From Verrucomicrobiota bacterium (GTDB taxonomy: Bacteria; Verrucomicrobiota; Kiritimatiellia; UBA8416; JABMPJ01): DNA of 64,000 bases. Under the pieces are notes generated by a model, which made no database searches, was not told the DNA's origin, and saw nothing but the letters and a program-made list of their open reading frames with translations. Below are positions 8,479 to 17,954 of this stretch, piece by piece; position 1 is the first letter of the stretch; every line of letters starts with the position of its first letter. Position numbers and translations under genes: made by a program. The stretch is from assembly GCA_018648805.1 (NCBI GenBank), contig JABGQM010000010.1:25486-89485 (forward strand), given 5' to 3'.

Positions 8479-9603
8479 ATGAAAGCTTTGCGATACAAAG
8501 GCCTTTGCAGAAGAGCGCTTCTTCTGGTGGCCGTGATGGTGGCTATGGGGGGGCTGCCGCTGTTGGGGTTGTGGCTGGCCAGGCGCCCGGTCAGGCCTTG
8601 TCTTGCGTTTCCGCCGCTGACACAGTTTGTTGAGCACGCCCCCTTCGCCTGGCCGCTCTTCGGGATACTGGCGCTCTTGGCCCTCCTGACGGGCGGGGCT
8701 ATCGTGCTCAGTCTGCTCTGTGCGCGGCCGGTCGAACGCGAGCGCACGCCGTCGCGCTTCCCGCTCTGGGGGTGGGGCGGGCTGATTTTGACTGGTCTGG
8801 CGTGGGGGCTGGCGTGGAGTCGTATGGCATGGTTTGCGCCCTTCCAGGTCACTATCTTCACCCCGCTCTGGCTGGGGTACATCGTGGTGATCAACGGACT
8901 TATGGTGCGGCGCACGGGGCGTTGCCTGATGACCACGCGGCCGGGGCTGTTCCTGGGGCTGTTCCCCATGAGCGCGCTCTTCTGGTGGTTCTTCGAGTAC
9001 CTCAACCGCTTCGCCCAGAACTGGTACTACCCACCTATTCTCGAACTGGGGCCGCTGGCCTACTTTCTCATGGCCACGCTGCCGTTTGCCACGGTGCTGC
9101 CGGCGGTGCTGAGCACAGCCGACCTGCTGGGCTCACTGCCGCGTCTGGATGATGGGGCCTTGCATGGGCCGGCCCTGCGCTTGCGCCACCCGCGCCGGGC
9201 CGCGGTCGTGCTGCTGGTCTTCGCGGCGATGGGTCTGGTCGGGCTGGGGGTCTGGCCCAACCTGCTCTTTCCGCTGCTCTGGCTCTCGCCGCTGGTGCTC
9301 GTGCTTGGATTGGCGGTCCTGTGTGGCCAGACCACGGTCCTGAGCCCCGTCTCGTGGGGGGACTGGACGTTGCCGGTCCGTTTTGCGCTGGCCGCCCTGA
9401 TATGTGGTTTCTTCTGGGAGTTCTGGAACATCCGCAGTGCGGCCCAGTGGGTCTACTCGGTGCCCTATGTGCATCGCTTCCTCATCTTTGAGATGCCCCT
9501 GTTGGGGTATCTCGGCTATCTGCCCTTCGGGCTCGAATGTGTGGCGATTGTCGACTTCCTGCTGGGTGGGCGCTTCGGTCAAGGTGAGGCCCCCTTGGCT
9601 TGA
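8479..9603 (+). CDS. Polytopic membrane protein, unknown function
   Basis: 374 aa with about 9-10 hydrophobic helices and aromatic-rich motifs (FWWFFEYLNRFAQNWYY, FWEFWNIRSAAQWVY). The last ~9 codons and the stop lie inside repeat element F1. Confidence 0.6.
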   Translation: MKALRYKGLCRRALLLVAVMVAMGGLPLLGLWLARRPVRPCLAFPPLTQFVEHAPFAWPLFGILALLALLTGGAIVLSLLCARPVERERTPSRFPLWGWGGLILTGLAWGLAWSRMAWFAPFQVTIFTPLWLGYIVVINGLMVRRTGRCLMTTRPGLFLGLFPMSALFWWFFEYLNRFAQNWYYPPILELGPLAYFLMATLPFATVLPAVLSTADLLGSLPRLDDGALHGPALRLRHPRRAAVVLLVFAAMGLVGLGVWPNLLFPLLWLSPLVLVLGLAVLCGQTTVLSPVSWGDWTLPVRFALAALICGFFWEFWNIRSAAQWVYSVPYVHRFLIFEMPLLGYLGYLPFGLECVAIVDFLLGGRFGQGEAPLA

Positions 9604-9709
9604 GAGCTTGGGATACCAAGCTCAAAGGCCTGCGGGACCTCACCTTGACCTCCGCTTGGGTTAGGGTGACCTCCGCTTGGGTTAGGGTGACCTCTGCTTG
9701 GGTTAGGGT
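9571..9709 (+). repeat. F-family element, copy F1: long hairpin plus 3 x 21-bp tandem repeat
   Basis: Outer stem GGTCAAGGTGAGGCCC (9577-9592) pairs with GGGACCTCACCTTGACC (9634-9650). Apical stem AGCTTGG (9605-9611), loop GATA, CCAAGCT (9616-9622). Tandem GACCTCCGCTTGGGTTAGGGT at 9647, 9668 and 9689. Confidence 0.85.
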
Positions 9710-9776
9710 GGTGTCCGCTCTCGTCAACCGAAATGGACAGGAAAACGGGGGAGAAGGTCGAGATAAGGAGGGTGAC

Positions 9777-11264
9777 ATGCGCAGTGCAACGTTCAGAACG
9801 AGAGTGATGCTGGGTGTGAATGCCGTGGTGACGGTGGGGCTGGCGTTCTACCTGTTCCTCGGGCCGGGCTGTTTGGTTGTGTCCGACCTGGCCGATCCGG
9901 CCATTCGTTCGACCGGCATACCGCGTGCGGCCTGGCGGTCGCACCGCTACCTGGCACCGCGCTATGCCCGCTGGGCCCGGGCGCGTGTGGTTTCAGGAGC
10001 GGCCGGCGAGCTGGATCTGTTTGACGTGCCGTCGACGGAGTGGCCGATCTTCGGGTCGGTCTACTATCTCTGGGCCACGGAGAATCTGCAGGCGGCTTGG
10101 GAGCGCGACGAGGGTCGCTCGGACAGCGCGCCGGCGGTGTACGCGGCCGAGGCGATTGAGGCCTGCGTCGAGTTGATCATGGATCCGGTGCATCACACCT
10201 GGGTGCGCACGCACTGGGGTGATGGCTACATGCATCGTGAGAATGCGTTCTTCCGCTCGCTCATCATTGCGGGGCTGACCAGCTATGAGAACCTGACCGG
10301 CAACGCACGCTACCGTGAAGTCCTGCTCGATCAGACCACGACCTTGGCGCAGGATCTCGACCGTTCGCGCCTTGGCGTGCTGGACGACTATCCCGGCGAA
10401 TGCTACCCGATCGATATCCTGGCCGTGTGGGCCTGCATCAAGCGGGCCGATCAGCTATTGGGGACCGATCACAGCGCAGAGATAGAGCGGGCCCGTCGCG
10501 CGTTCGAGGGGGAGATGCTTGATCCGCTGGGCCTGCCGCCTTTCTGCATGGACTCACACACCGGCGAACACCTCGGTCCGTCACGCGGCGTGGGAAATTC
10601 CTATGTCCTGATCTTCCTTCCCGAGCTCTGGCCGGACCTCGCGCCGGAGTGGTATGCGCGCTACGAGGCCCATTTCTGGCAGAAGCACTGCTGGGCCGAA
10701 GGATTCCGTGAGTTTCCGCCCTCTGAGCCGGACCGCGAATGGAGCTATGACGTGGATGCGGGGCCGATTATGGCGGGCTTCAGTCCGGCAGCCAACGCCT
10801 TCGGCGTGGCGGCGGCCAAGGTGAATGGCCGCCTCGACCACGCCTATACGCTCAGCACACAGGTGTTGGCCGCTTGCTGGCCGCTGCCCGGGGGCGGGAT
10901 GCTGGGGACGCGTCTTCTGTCGGATCCCGAGCATGCCCCTTACCTGGGGGAGACCTGTATGCTCTTCTTCCTGTCGCACGTGACCCCGGCGGGCACCACG
11001 CTGACGACGGGCGGTGGGGCGCCCCCCTTCGTGGCGTGCCTCCTGGGGGGCCAATTCGGCGTGGGCGTGCTGATCCTGCTGTCCACCTGGCGGACATGGC
11101 GGCGCAAGCGGGCCAAACCCCTGCCTGCTGAAGGGGTGCAATACACGGTTTGGTTGCTCCTCCTCGCTACGGGGGGGTGTCTGCTGCTGATCGGGCACGC
11201 TTCGATAGGGTTCATCACTGTTCTACTCGGGCAGCTGTTGCCACGTGTGGCAAGGGCTCAGTAG
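9777..11264 (+). CDS. Membrane-anchored protein, unknown function
   Basis: ATG 9777 preceded by AAGGAGGG. One N-terminal TM helix, a large soluble central region, and C-terminal TM helices. The longer ORF from 9600 only translates the repeat. Confidence 0.55.
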   Translation: MRSATFRTRVMLGVNAVVTVGLAFYLFLGPGCLVVSDLADPAIRSTGIPRAAWRSHRYLAPRYARWARARVVSGAAGELDLFDVPSTEWPIFGSVYYLWATENLQAAWERDEGRSDSAPAVYAAEAIEACVELIMDPVHHTWVRTHWGDGYMHRENAFFRSLIIAGLTSYENLTGNARYREVLLDQTTTLAQDLDRSRLGVLDDYPGECYPIDILAVWACIKRADQLLGTDHSAEIERARRAFEGEMLDPLGLPPFCMDSHTGEHLGPSRGVGNSYVLIFLPELWPDLAPEWYARYEAHFWQKHCWAEGFREFPPSEPDREWSYDVDAGPIMAGFSPAANAFGVAAAKVNGRLDHAYTLSTQVLAACWPLPGGGMLGTRLLSDPEHAPYLGETCMLFFLSHVTPAGTTLTTGGGAPPFVACLLGGQFGVGVLILLSTWRTWRRKRAKPLPAEGVQYTVWLLLLATGGCLLLIGHASIGFITVLLGQLLPRVARAQ

Positions 11265-11373
11265 GAGGGGTTTTTCACTTTCTCCTATCGCTGCAAGGGG
11301 GGGTGTGCTATGACATGCGGCATGCTTTCTAGACGTTGTCCGAAAAGGGTCTAGACACAGAGAAGAAGAGAAG

Positions 11374-11515
11374 ATCCAACAACCAACAAGGAATATCCAA
11401 TATCCAAGGAAAGACCTCGCGCGATACACACGGGAATTGCGGAAGGTTGCGTGAAGTCCGACAAAGGATCCCCCCCTTGGAAATTGGATTTGAGTGTTGG
11501 CTGTTGGATATTGGG
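11374..11515. repeat. A-family hairpin, copy A1
   Basis: Left arm ATCCAACAACCAACAAGGAATATCCAATATCCAAGG. Right arm CCTTGGAAATTGGATTTGAGTGTTGGCTGTTGGATATTGGG. Loop about 66 nt. Confidence 0.75.
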
Positions 11516-11567
11516 ACTCTCGCAGGGAGAAATACCTTTTCGGATGGGGTCTTTTTAGGGGGTGGTT

Positions 11568-12545
11568 ATGGATCTATCAGTCGTTGTTCCGGTATATAAT
11601 GAAGAAGAGAGTGTTGCGCTGCTCTGTGAGAAGCTGCATGCGGCTGTCTCGGGGTTGGGCATCGCTTACGAAATCGTGCTGGTCGATGACGGCAGTGACG
11701 ATCGCACGTGGGAGCTGCTCAAGGAGTTGTCCCATAAGTATCCCTGTCTGCGCCTGATCCAGTTCCGGCGCAACTTCGGCCAGACGGCCGCCATGAGCGC
11801 GGGTTTCCGTGAGTCCAAGGGCGAGGTCGTGGTGACGTTGGATGCGGATCTGCAGAACGACCCGGCCGACATTCCCAAGCTGCTCGAGCTGATGAAACAG
11901 GGCAACGACGTGGTCAGCGGCTGGCGCAAGGACCGCAAGGACCCCTTTATCAACCGGCGCCTGCCCTCGATCCTGGCCAACGCCCTGATCAGCAAGATTA
12001 CGGGGGTCTACCTGCACGACTACGGTTGCACACTCAAGGCCTATCGGCGTGCGGTCATGCAGAATGTCCATCTCTACGGTGAAATGCACCGGTTCATTCC
12101 GGCCCTGGCCAACTGGGTGGGCGGCAAAGTGACCGAAGTGCCGGTCAACCACCAGGCGCGCCAGTTCGGCACCTCGAAATATGGCATCGCGCGGACCTTC
12201 AAGGTGGTCCTCGATCTCTTTACGGTCAAGTTTCTGCTGCAATACAGCAAGGGGCCGATGCAGATTTTCGGAAAGATAGGCATGTGGTTCGGCGTGCCGG
12301 GCATCCTGGCCGTGGGCTGGATGGTGGTGGCCCATCTCTCCTACCTGCTCTTTGGCACCGAGGTGGGATCCATGCTGGTCAAGCGGCCCTTCTGGGTCAT
12401 CGGCTCGTTCATGCTGATCTTCTGCGGTATCCAGTTTGTCTGCATAGGGCTGTTGGCCGAGCTGCAGATCCGTACGTGGCATGAGTCGCAGGACAAGCCG
12501 ATTTACGTGATCAAGGAAATCGTTGAACCCACGAGCGAGGCCTGA
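11568..12545 (+). CDS. Polyprenyl-phosphate glycosyltransferase (GT2, ArnC/GtrB/DPM1-like)
   Basis: VVVPVYNEEESV, LVDDGSDD and TLDADLQND motifs plus two C-terminal TM helices. ATG 11568 preferred over GTG 11562. Confidence 0.85.
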   Translation: MDLSVVVPVYNEEESVALLCEKLHAAVSGLGIAYEIVLVDDGSDDRTWELLKELSHKYPCLRLIQFRRNFGQTAAMSAGFRESKGEVVVTLDADLQNDPADIPKLLELMKQGNDVVSGWRKDRKDPFINRRLPSILANALISKITGVYLHDYGCTLKAYRRAVMQNVHLYGEMHRFIPALANWVGGKVTEVPVNHQARQFGTSKYGIARTFKVVLDLFTVKFLLQYSKGPMQIFGKIGMWFGVPGILAVGWMVVAHLSYLLFGTEVGSMLVKRPFWVIGSFMLIFCGIQFVCIGLLAELQIRTWHESQDKPIYVIKEIVEPTSEA

Positions 12546-12546
12546 G

Positions 12547-14790
12547 GTGACCGATAGCGGGGGTCAGACCGAAGCGCCGGCCGGCCAGATCGACGCCTGC
12601 CTGGCGCAAGCGGGGAGCCGCGTGCACCTGCTCGGCATTGGCGGGGTCGGCATGGCCGGTCTCGCCATCTTGCTCAAGCAGAGCGGCTACGCGGTCTCGG
12701 GCTGCGATACGGATCCGGGCCCCCTGGCCACGGCGTTGGCGCATGAGGGCACACGGGTCTGCCGCGAACACGATCCGGAGCACGTGCGTGAAGCGGACTG
12801 GGTTATCGCCAGCACGGCGGTGCCGACCGATCACCCCGAACTCGAAGCGGCGCGCGCGGCCGGTCTGCCCGTCTTTCGGCGGGGGCACGTCTTGGCCCGC
12901 CTGGTAGCGGCCACGCCGACTATCCTGGTATGCGGCACACACGGCAAGACCACGACGGCTACCTTCATCACTCAGATGCTGCGCGCTGCCGGGCGCGACG
13001 TGGCCTGGTGCATCGGCGGCGAGTCCGACTCACTGGGCGCGGTGGCTTCCGTCGGCGCGGGCGAAGCCACACTCATGGTGGTGGAGGCCGACGAGAGCGA
13101 TGGGTCGCTGGCGGCCTATCATCCTGCCGTGACGGTTGTGACCGGAATCGAGTTTGATCATGCCGAGTATTTCGCCGACGAGACCATGCTCCTCGACTGT
13201 TTCCGCCAGGTGATCGACCAGACGACCGCGCGCGTGATCTACTGCGCCGAAGACCGTCATACCGTCGACCTGCTGGCCGGGCGTGATCAAGCGGTCGGCT
13301 ACAGCTGTGCCGATGGGGCACGCCTGGGCATTGCCCCGCTGGCGTCGGTGCCGGGCACGCACAACGATCTGAATGCCATCGCGGCGGCTATGGCGGGCGA
13401 ATGGGCCGGCCTGGCGCCGGAGGCCATCGCCGCGGCGCTCGAGAGCCGTCGCCTGCCGGCCCGCCGTATGGAGTGTGTCAGCGATGAGGGAGGCGTGCGG
13501 GTCATCTCCGACTATGCGCATCATCCGAGCGAGGTCCGGGCGCTGGTCCGCACCGCACGCGCCACGACCACAGGCCGGCTGCTGGCCGTGTTTCAACCGC
13601 ATCGCTACAGTCGTACCTACCGTCTTGGGGCAGACTTCCCGGCGGCGTTCAACGGCGTGGACGATCTTGTGTTGGTGCCCGTTTATGCGGCCTCGGAACC
13701 GGTTCTGCCGGGGGGCCGTATGTGGGCGCTCTACCGTCATTTTCGCGAGTCGGCCGAAGGCGTGTTGCCGGTCATGGCGGATTCGCTCGAGCGGGCCTGG
13801 TACTACCTGCAGCGCCGGGCCGCGCCAGGCGACACGCTCCTGGTTATCGGCGCGGGGGATGTTGAGCGCGTGGCGCGCTGGGCTGTCGCGTCGGGAGGAT
13901 GCTGGGGTGCCGACGCGATTGAGTCGCCACCTGACCGCCCCGCCGTTCTGCAGCCGGGCGTCCCGTTGGGCTCGCGTACCACCTTTGGCGTGGGGGGGGC
14001 GGGGGAATACTGGGGGCGGCTTACGACGCCGGACGAGCTGCGCGAGGTGCTGGAGTGGTGTCACCGCTACAGCATCGGATTCCGCATGTTGGGCGGTGGC
14101 AGCAACGTCCTGGTTGGCGATTGCGGCGTGCCGGGCGTGGTGGTGCGGCTGGATGGGGTGGCCTTCAACATGATCCAGGCGGTCGAAGGCGGTGTCGAAG
14201 TGGGGCCCGCCGTACCCCTGGCGCGTCTGGTGGCCAAGGCCGAGCGGTGCGGCTACGGCGACTTCTCTTTTTTGGAGGGCATTCCCGGTACGGTCGGTGG
14301 CGCTCTGGGCATGAATGCCGGGGCACACGGTGAAAGCATCTCGGAACGCATCCGGGTGATCCACTGTTTGAACCCGGATGGGTCGCCCGGCACGGTGCAC
14401 GGTCATGAGCTGAAGGTCGGGTATCGAACCGGCGGCATGCAGGGCCGCGTGGCGATCAAGGCGGTTTTGCGGCCGGGCGAGCGGTCGCCCGAAGAGAGTG
14501 CCCGCATGCGAAGCGAGTTTGCCGGGCGGCGCGTCTGGATGAAGGGGTTGCAGTCGGCCGGATCGATTTTCAAGAACCCGCCCGACGACCATGCGGGCCG
14601 CTTGATTGAGGAGGCCGGAATGAAGGGGGTCACGATTGGTGGGGCCACCGTATCGATGCGGCACGGCAACCTGATCACGGCCAGCAGCCAGGCCAGCGCC
14701 TCGGATGTGCGGGCCCTTCTGGAGACCGTGCGTGAGCGGGTGGCGGTGCAGAGTGGTGTGCGGCTGGAGACGGAAGTGGAGCTCTGGTAA
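12547..14790 (+). CDS. murC: Fused UDP-N-acetylmuramate--L-alanine ligase / UDP-N-acetylenolpyruvoylglucosamine reductase (MurC-MurB)
   Basis: N-terminal part is MurC (HLLGIGGVGMAGLA, GTHGKTTT). C-terminal part is MurB (RTTFGVGGAGEYW, GGGSNVLV, GSIFKNP). One uninterrupted frame. The start is uncertain: GTG 12547 or TTG 12523. Confidence 0.9.
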   Translation: MTDSGGQTEAPAGQIDACLAQAGSRVHLLGIGGVGMAGLAILLKQSGYAVSGCDTDPGPLATALAHEGTRVCREHDPEHVREADWVIASTAVPTDHPELEAARAAGLPVFRRGHVLARLVAATPTILVCGTHGKTTTATFITQMLRAAGRDVAWCIGGESDSLGAVASVGAGEATLMVVEADESDGSLAAYHPAVTVVTGIEFDHAEYFADETMLLDCFRQVIDQTTARVIYCAEDRHTVDLLAGRDQAVGYSCADGARLGIAPLASVPGTHNDLNAIAAAMAGEWAGLAPEAIAAALESRRLPARRMECVSDEGGVRVISDYAHHPSEVRALVRTARATTTGRLLAVFQPHRYSRTYRLGADFPAAFNGVDDLVLVPVYAASEPVLPGGRMWALYRHFRESAEGVLPVMADSLERAWYYLQRRAAPGDTLLVIGAGDVERVARWAVASGGCWGADAIESPPDRPAVLQPGVPLGSRTTFGVGGAGEYWGRLTTPDELREVLEWCHRYSIGFRMLGGGSNVLVGDCGVPGVVVRLDGVAFNMIQAVEGGVEVGPAVPLARLVAKAERCGYGDFSFLEGIPGTVGGALGMNAGAHGESISERIRVIHCLNPDGSPGTVHGHELKVGYRTGGMQGRVAIKAVLRPGERSPEESARMRSEFAGRRVWMKGLQSAGSIFKNPPDDHAGRLIEEAGMKGVTIGGATVSMRHGNLITASSQASASDVRALLETVRERVAVQSGVRLETEVELW

Positions 14791-14795
14791 CGGGT

Positions 14796-14986
14796 CGCTC
14801 CGGCCCGAGGGAAGGCCACTTGGCTCGACCGGTTCGGAATACCGAACCGCTAAGGCCTGCGTGACCTTCCCCCGGGCCTCCGCTTGGGTTATGGTGACCT
14901 CCGCTTGGGCTGGGTTGACCTTGGCTTGAAGGCGGTTTCTTCCGTTGGGCGTTGGATGTTGGATGTTGGTTGTTGGACGTTGATGT
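14796..14986 (+). repeat. F-family element, copy F3, plus a 7-bp GTTGGNN array
   Basis: Outer stem GGGAAGGCCAC (14809-14819) pairs with GTGACCTTCCC (14861-14871). Apical stem CGGTTCGG (14830-37), loop AATA, CCGAACCG (14842-49). Degenerate 21-mers at 14875, 14896 and 14917. GTTGGNN x ~6 at 14944-14986. Confidence 0.8.
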
Positions 14987-14994
14987 TTTGGTAG

Positions 14995-15900
14995 ATGATA
15001 TGGGTGGGTGTATTGAAGCGGGTTGCGGTACTTAAAGGCGGTGTTTCGGGGGAGCGCGAGGTGTCGTTGCGCTCGGGTGCGGCTGTGGCGGCGGGGCTGC
15101 GTGCGGCCGGGCATGATGTTACGGAAGTCGATGTAACCGAGCACGCGGTCAGGCTGCCGGACGGAACGGAGGCGGTGTTCATTGCCCTGCATGGTGCCTT
15201 CGGCGAGGACGGCGCGGTGCAGGCCCTGCTGGATGGGATGGGCGTGCCCTACACGGGCTCCGACGCCGCCTCCAGCCGCGCGGCTTTCGATAAGATCATG
15301 ACCAAGGAGCGGCTCGTGGCGGCGGGCATTCCAACGCCCGCCTACGCCGTGCTGCAGGATGGGGCCAGCCCCCAGTTTCCCCTGCCGGCCGTTGTCAAGC
15401 CGGCCTGCCAGGGATCATCCATCGCGATCCACTGTGTACGGCGCGAAGAGGAGTGGGCGGCGGCCTGTGCTGATGCCGGGCGTTTCGGGCGTTCCCTGGT
15501 GGAAGCCTACGTGCCGGGACGAGAGCTGACCGTGGGCGTGGTGGGCGACGAAGCGTTTCCAGTTGGGGAGATCATTGCACCCGACGCGTGGTATGACTAT
15601 GATGCCAAGTATATCAGTGAGGCGACGCAGTACATTTTTCCGGCCGATCTGGCGGCGGATGTAGCGCAGCGCTGCCGTGAGGTGGCCCTTGAGACGTTTC
15701 GCGTGATGGGGTGTCGCGGGATGGCACGAGTCGATTTTCGACTCCCGCCGGGGGGCGAACCGACGGTGCTCGAGATCAATACGATCCCGGGTTTCACCGC
15801 GACCAGTCTGCTGCCCAAGGGAGCGGCCGCGGCCGGGATAGGCTTTGACGAGTTGTGCGCGCGCATTCTTGCGTTGGCACTGCAGGGAGATGGGGTATGA
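14995..15900 (+). CDS. ddl: D-alanine--D-alanine ligase
   Basis: VAVLKGGVSGEREVSLRSG N-terminus, ATP-grasp body, LEINTIPGFT. Sits between murC/B and ftsQ. Confidence 0.9.
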   Translation: MIWVGVLKRVAVLKGGVSGEREVSLRSGAAVAAGLRAAGHDVTEVDVTEHAVRLPDGTEAVFIALHGAFGEDGAVQALLDGMGVPYTGSDAASSRAAFDKIMTKERLVAAGIPTPAYAVLQDGASPQFPLPAVVKPACQGSSIAIHCVRREEEWAAACADAGRFGRSLVEAYVPGRELTVGVVGDEAFPVGEIIAPDAWYDYDAKYISEATQYIFPADLAADVAQRCREVALETFRVMGCRGMARVDFRLPPGGEPTVLEINTIPGFTATSLLPKGAAAAGIGFDELCARILALALQGDGV

Positions 15901-16748
15901 ACGGGACCAGGAAGAAACGACGCAGGAAGAAGCAGGCGCCGGTCCTGCGCGTGAGTGCGCGGCGGCGCAAGAAGAGCAACGCACGGACCCTGCGTCTGCT
16001 GGGTCTGGCGGCGGTGCCGGTCACGGTCATCGTGGGCGTCTTCCTGCTCTGGCTGGGCACCTGCGAGCTGGGTGCGTTTCTGTATACACGCAGCGAGGCC
16101 TTCACGATTCGTCACCTCGAGGTACGTGCGGCCAGTGCGCGTACGCGGGCCCTGGCGCGTGACTACACCCAGATTGCGGAAGGCCAGAACATCTTCGAAT
16201 TCGATATCCGTGCCGTGCGCGACTTTGTTATGGCCAACTCGCCCAATTTCCAGTCGATGACCATCACGCGCTACCTGCCCGATACGGTCATCATCGAGGT
16301 GGTTGATCGTACTCCGTTGGCGCGCATCGGGCGCCGTGGCGACATGGTGGCCGACAGCGAGGGGTACGTCTTCATCTCGCGCAGCGGCGGTCGCGGCCTG
16401 CCGACCATCAGTGGCTACGACAGCGCGGGGCTCGAGCCCGGCATGCAGCTCGAAGGGCCTATCGTGGCCGCGCTGCAGGTGGTGGAAGCGTGCGAGGGGC
16501 CGCTGCTCGAGATGCGTCCCGTGGATGTCGATATCAGCGATCCCGAGCAGATCGAACTCAAGATGGAGTATGGCGAGCGGACACGCGAGGTGAAGCTCAC
16601 CTGGCGCGGCATGGGACAGCGTTCCCCCGCGGCCCACAAGCAGCTGATGGCCACGCTTACCTTTGTGAAACAGGCGTTTGACAGTTCCAAAGGGCGCCGC
16701 CTTTCGAAACTGGATGCCACGATTGAAGGACGCCTCTACGGGCGCTAA
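15897..16748 (+). CDS. ftsQ: Cell division protein FtsQ
   Basis: Basic N-terminus, one TM helix (LLGLAAVPVTVIVGVFLLWLG), POTRA-like segment. Its ATG overlaps the ddl stop (ATGA). Position is ddl-ftsQ-ftsA. Confidence 0.8.
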   Translation: MNGTRKKRRRKKQAPVLRVSARRRKKSNARTLRLLGLAAVPVTVIVGVFLLWLGTCELGAFLYTRSEAFTIRHLEVRAASARTRALARDYTQIAEGQNIFEFDIRAVRDFVMANSPNFQSMTITRYLPDTVIIEVVDRTPLARIGRRGDMVADSEGYVFISRSGGRGLPTISGYDSAGLEPGMQLEGPIVAALQVVEACEGPLLEMRPVDVDISDPEQIELKMEYGERTREVKLTWRGMGQRSPAAHKQLMATLTFVKQAFDSSKGRRLSKLDATIEGRLYGR

Positions 16749-16754
16749 GCGACT

Positions 16755-17954
16755 ATGCCAGCATCACCTGTTATCGTTGCGTTGGAGTTGGGCACCGCCA
16801 AGGTGATTGCCCTGGTGGGTGAGATGCGTGAAGACCAGCACGTCATGATCACCGGTATGGGGGAGCACCCCTCGCAGGGCATCAGCAAGGGGCAGGTGGT
16901 CGATATCGAAGCCGCCGGTGACGCGGTGCGGGCCGCCCTGGCCGCGGCCGAGGAGACGGCCCAGGTGACGATCCGCCAGGTGGTGTTGGCCATCTCGGGT
17001 GGACACGTGCGCAGCGACATCAATCGCGGGGTGGTGCCGGTGCGCGATAAGGGCGAGATCACGCGGGCCGACATGAACGCGGTCATGGACGTTGCCAAGG
17101 CGGTCAACCTGCCGACTGATCGCGAGATTCTGCACACCATCTGTCAGCACTACTGTATTGATGGCCAGCAGCGTGTGGTGCTGCCCGAGGGCATGGAGGG
17201 CGCACGCCTCGAACTGGACATGCTGGTCATACACGGCTTGCGCTCCCCGATGCGCAACGCGATCAAGGCGGTCGAGGATATCGATATCGCGGTGCAGGAT
17301 GTGGTGTATGCCGGTCTGGGTTCGGCGCTCTCCGTCCTCACGCCCGAGCAGAAGAAGGGCGGGGCCCTGGTGATCGACCTGGGGGCAGGCACCAGTGAGT
17401 ATGTGGCGTATGCGGGCGGGGTGATCGCCTCGGCGGGCGCCTTGGGGGTGGGCGGCGACCACGTCACGAACGACATCGCCCTGGCGTTCAGTATTCCCGA
17501 GCGCCAGGCCGAACGCTGCAAGTGTGAACACGGAGGCGCGCTCCTCTCCCTGGATGGCAGCGACGGCAAGGTGGCCGTGGCGCCGGGGGTCGGCTTTGGC
17601 GGACGCACGCTCTCGCGCCAGGTGCTTTTGACCGTGATGCATGCCCGCATGCATGAAACATTCAGTATGATCAAGCAGCGTCTCGAGGCCGACAAGGTGC
17701 CGGTTCACCTGGCCGCGGGTGTGGTGCTCGTGGGGGGCGGGGCGCACATGGAGGAGATCGCCGAGCTGGCCGCGGACGTATTCGACCTGCCCTGCGTGGT
17801 GGGCAAGCCGCGCGAAGTGAGTGGTTTGGCTACGGCGACCGAGGGGCCGGAGTATGCCGCCTGTACCGGCCTGATTCAGTATGCCTGCCGGCGCTGGCAG
17901 AGCAAGCGTCCCAAGCCGCTGGGCAGCCTGTTCCGCAACCTGTTGAAACGGTGA
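16755..17954 (+). CDS. ftsA: Cell division protein FtsA
   Basis: Actin-like ATPase motifs (VALELGTAKV, VIDLGAGTSE, VLVGGGA). Sits directly upstream of ftsZ. Confidence 0.9.
   Translation: MPASPVIVALELGTAKVIALVGEMREDQHVMITGMGEHPSQGISKGQVVDIEAAGDAVRAALAAAEETAQVTIRQVVLAISGGHVRSDINRGVVPVRDKGEITRADMNAVMDVAKAVNLPTDREILHTICQHYCIDGQQRVVLPEGMEGARLELDMLVIHGLRSPMRNAIKAVEDIDIAVQDVVYAGLGSALSVLTPEQKKGGALVIDLGAGTSEYVAYAGGVIASAGALGVGGDHVTNDIALAFSIPERQAERCKCEHGGALLSLDGSDGKVAVAPGVGFGGRTLSRQVLLTVMHARMHETFSMIKQRLEADKVPVHLAAGVVLVGGGAHMEEIAELAADVFDLPCVVGKPREVSGLATATEGPEYAACTGLIQYACRRWQSKRPKPLGSLFRNLLKR

Noticed and set aside
9647-9709. 21-bp tandem repeats as a possible CRISPR array
   Set aside because: The repeats are directly adjacent with no spacers, there are only 3-4 degenerate copies, and there are no cas genes.
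9600-9776. N-terminal extension of ORF 9600..11264 (TSAWVRV x 3)
   Set aside because: It is simply the translation of the 21-bp tandem repeat. A strong SD plus ATG at 9777 gives a sensible TM-helix N-terminus.
13030-15192. 720-aa ORF on the minus strand
   Set aside because: It is antisense to the strongly supported murC-murB and ddl genes. Its R/P/A/G/H-rich composition is typical of spurious long antisense frames in high-GC DNA, and it has no recognisable motifs.
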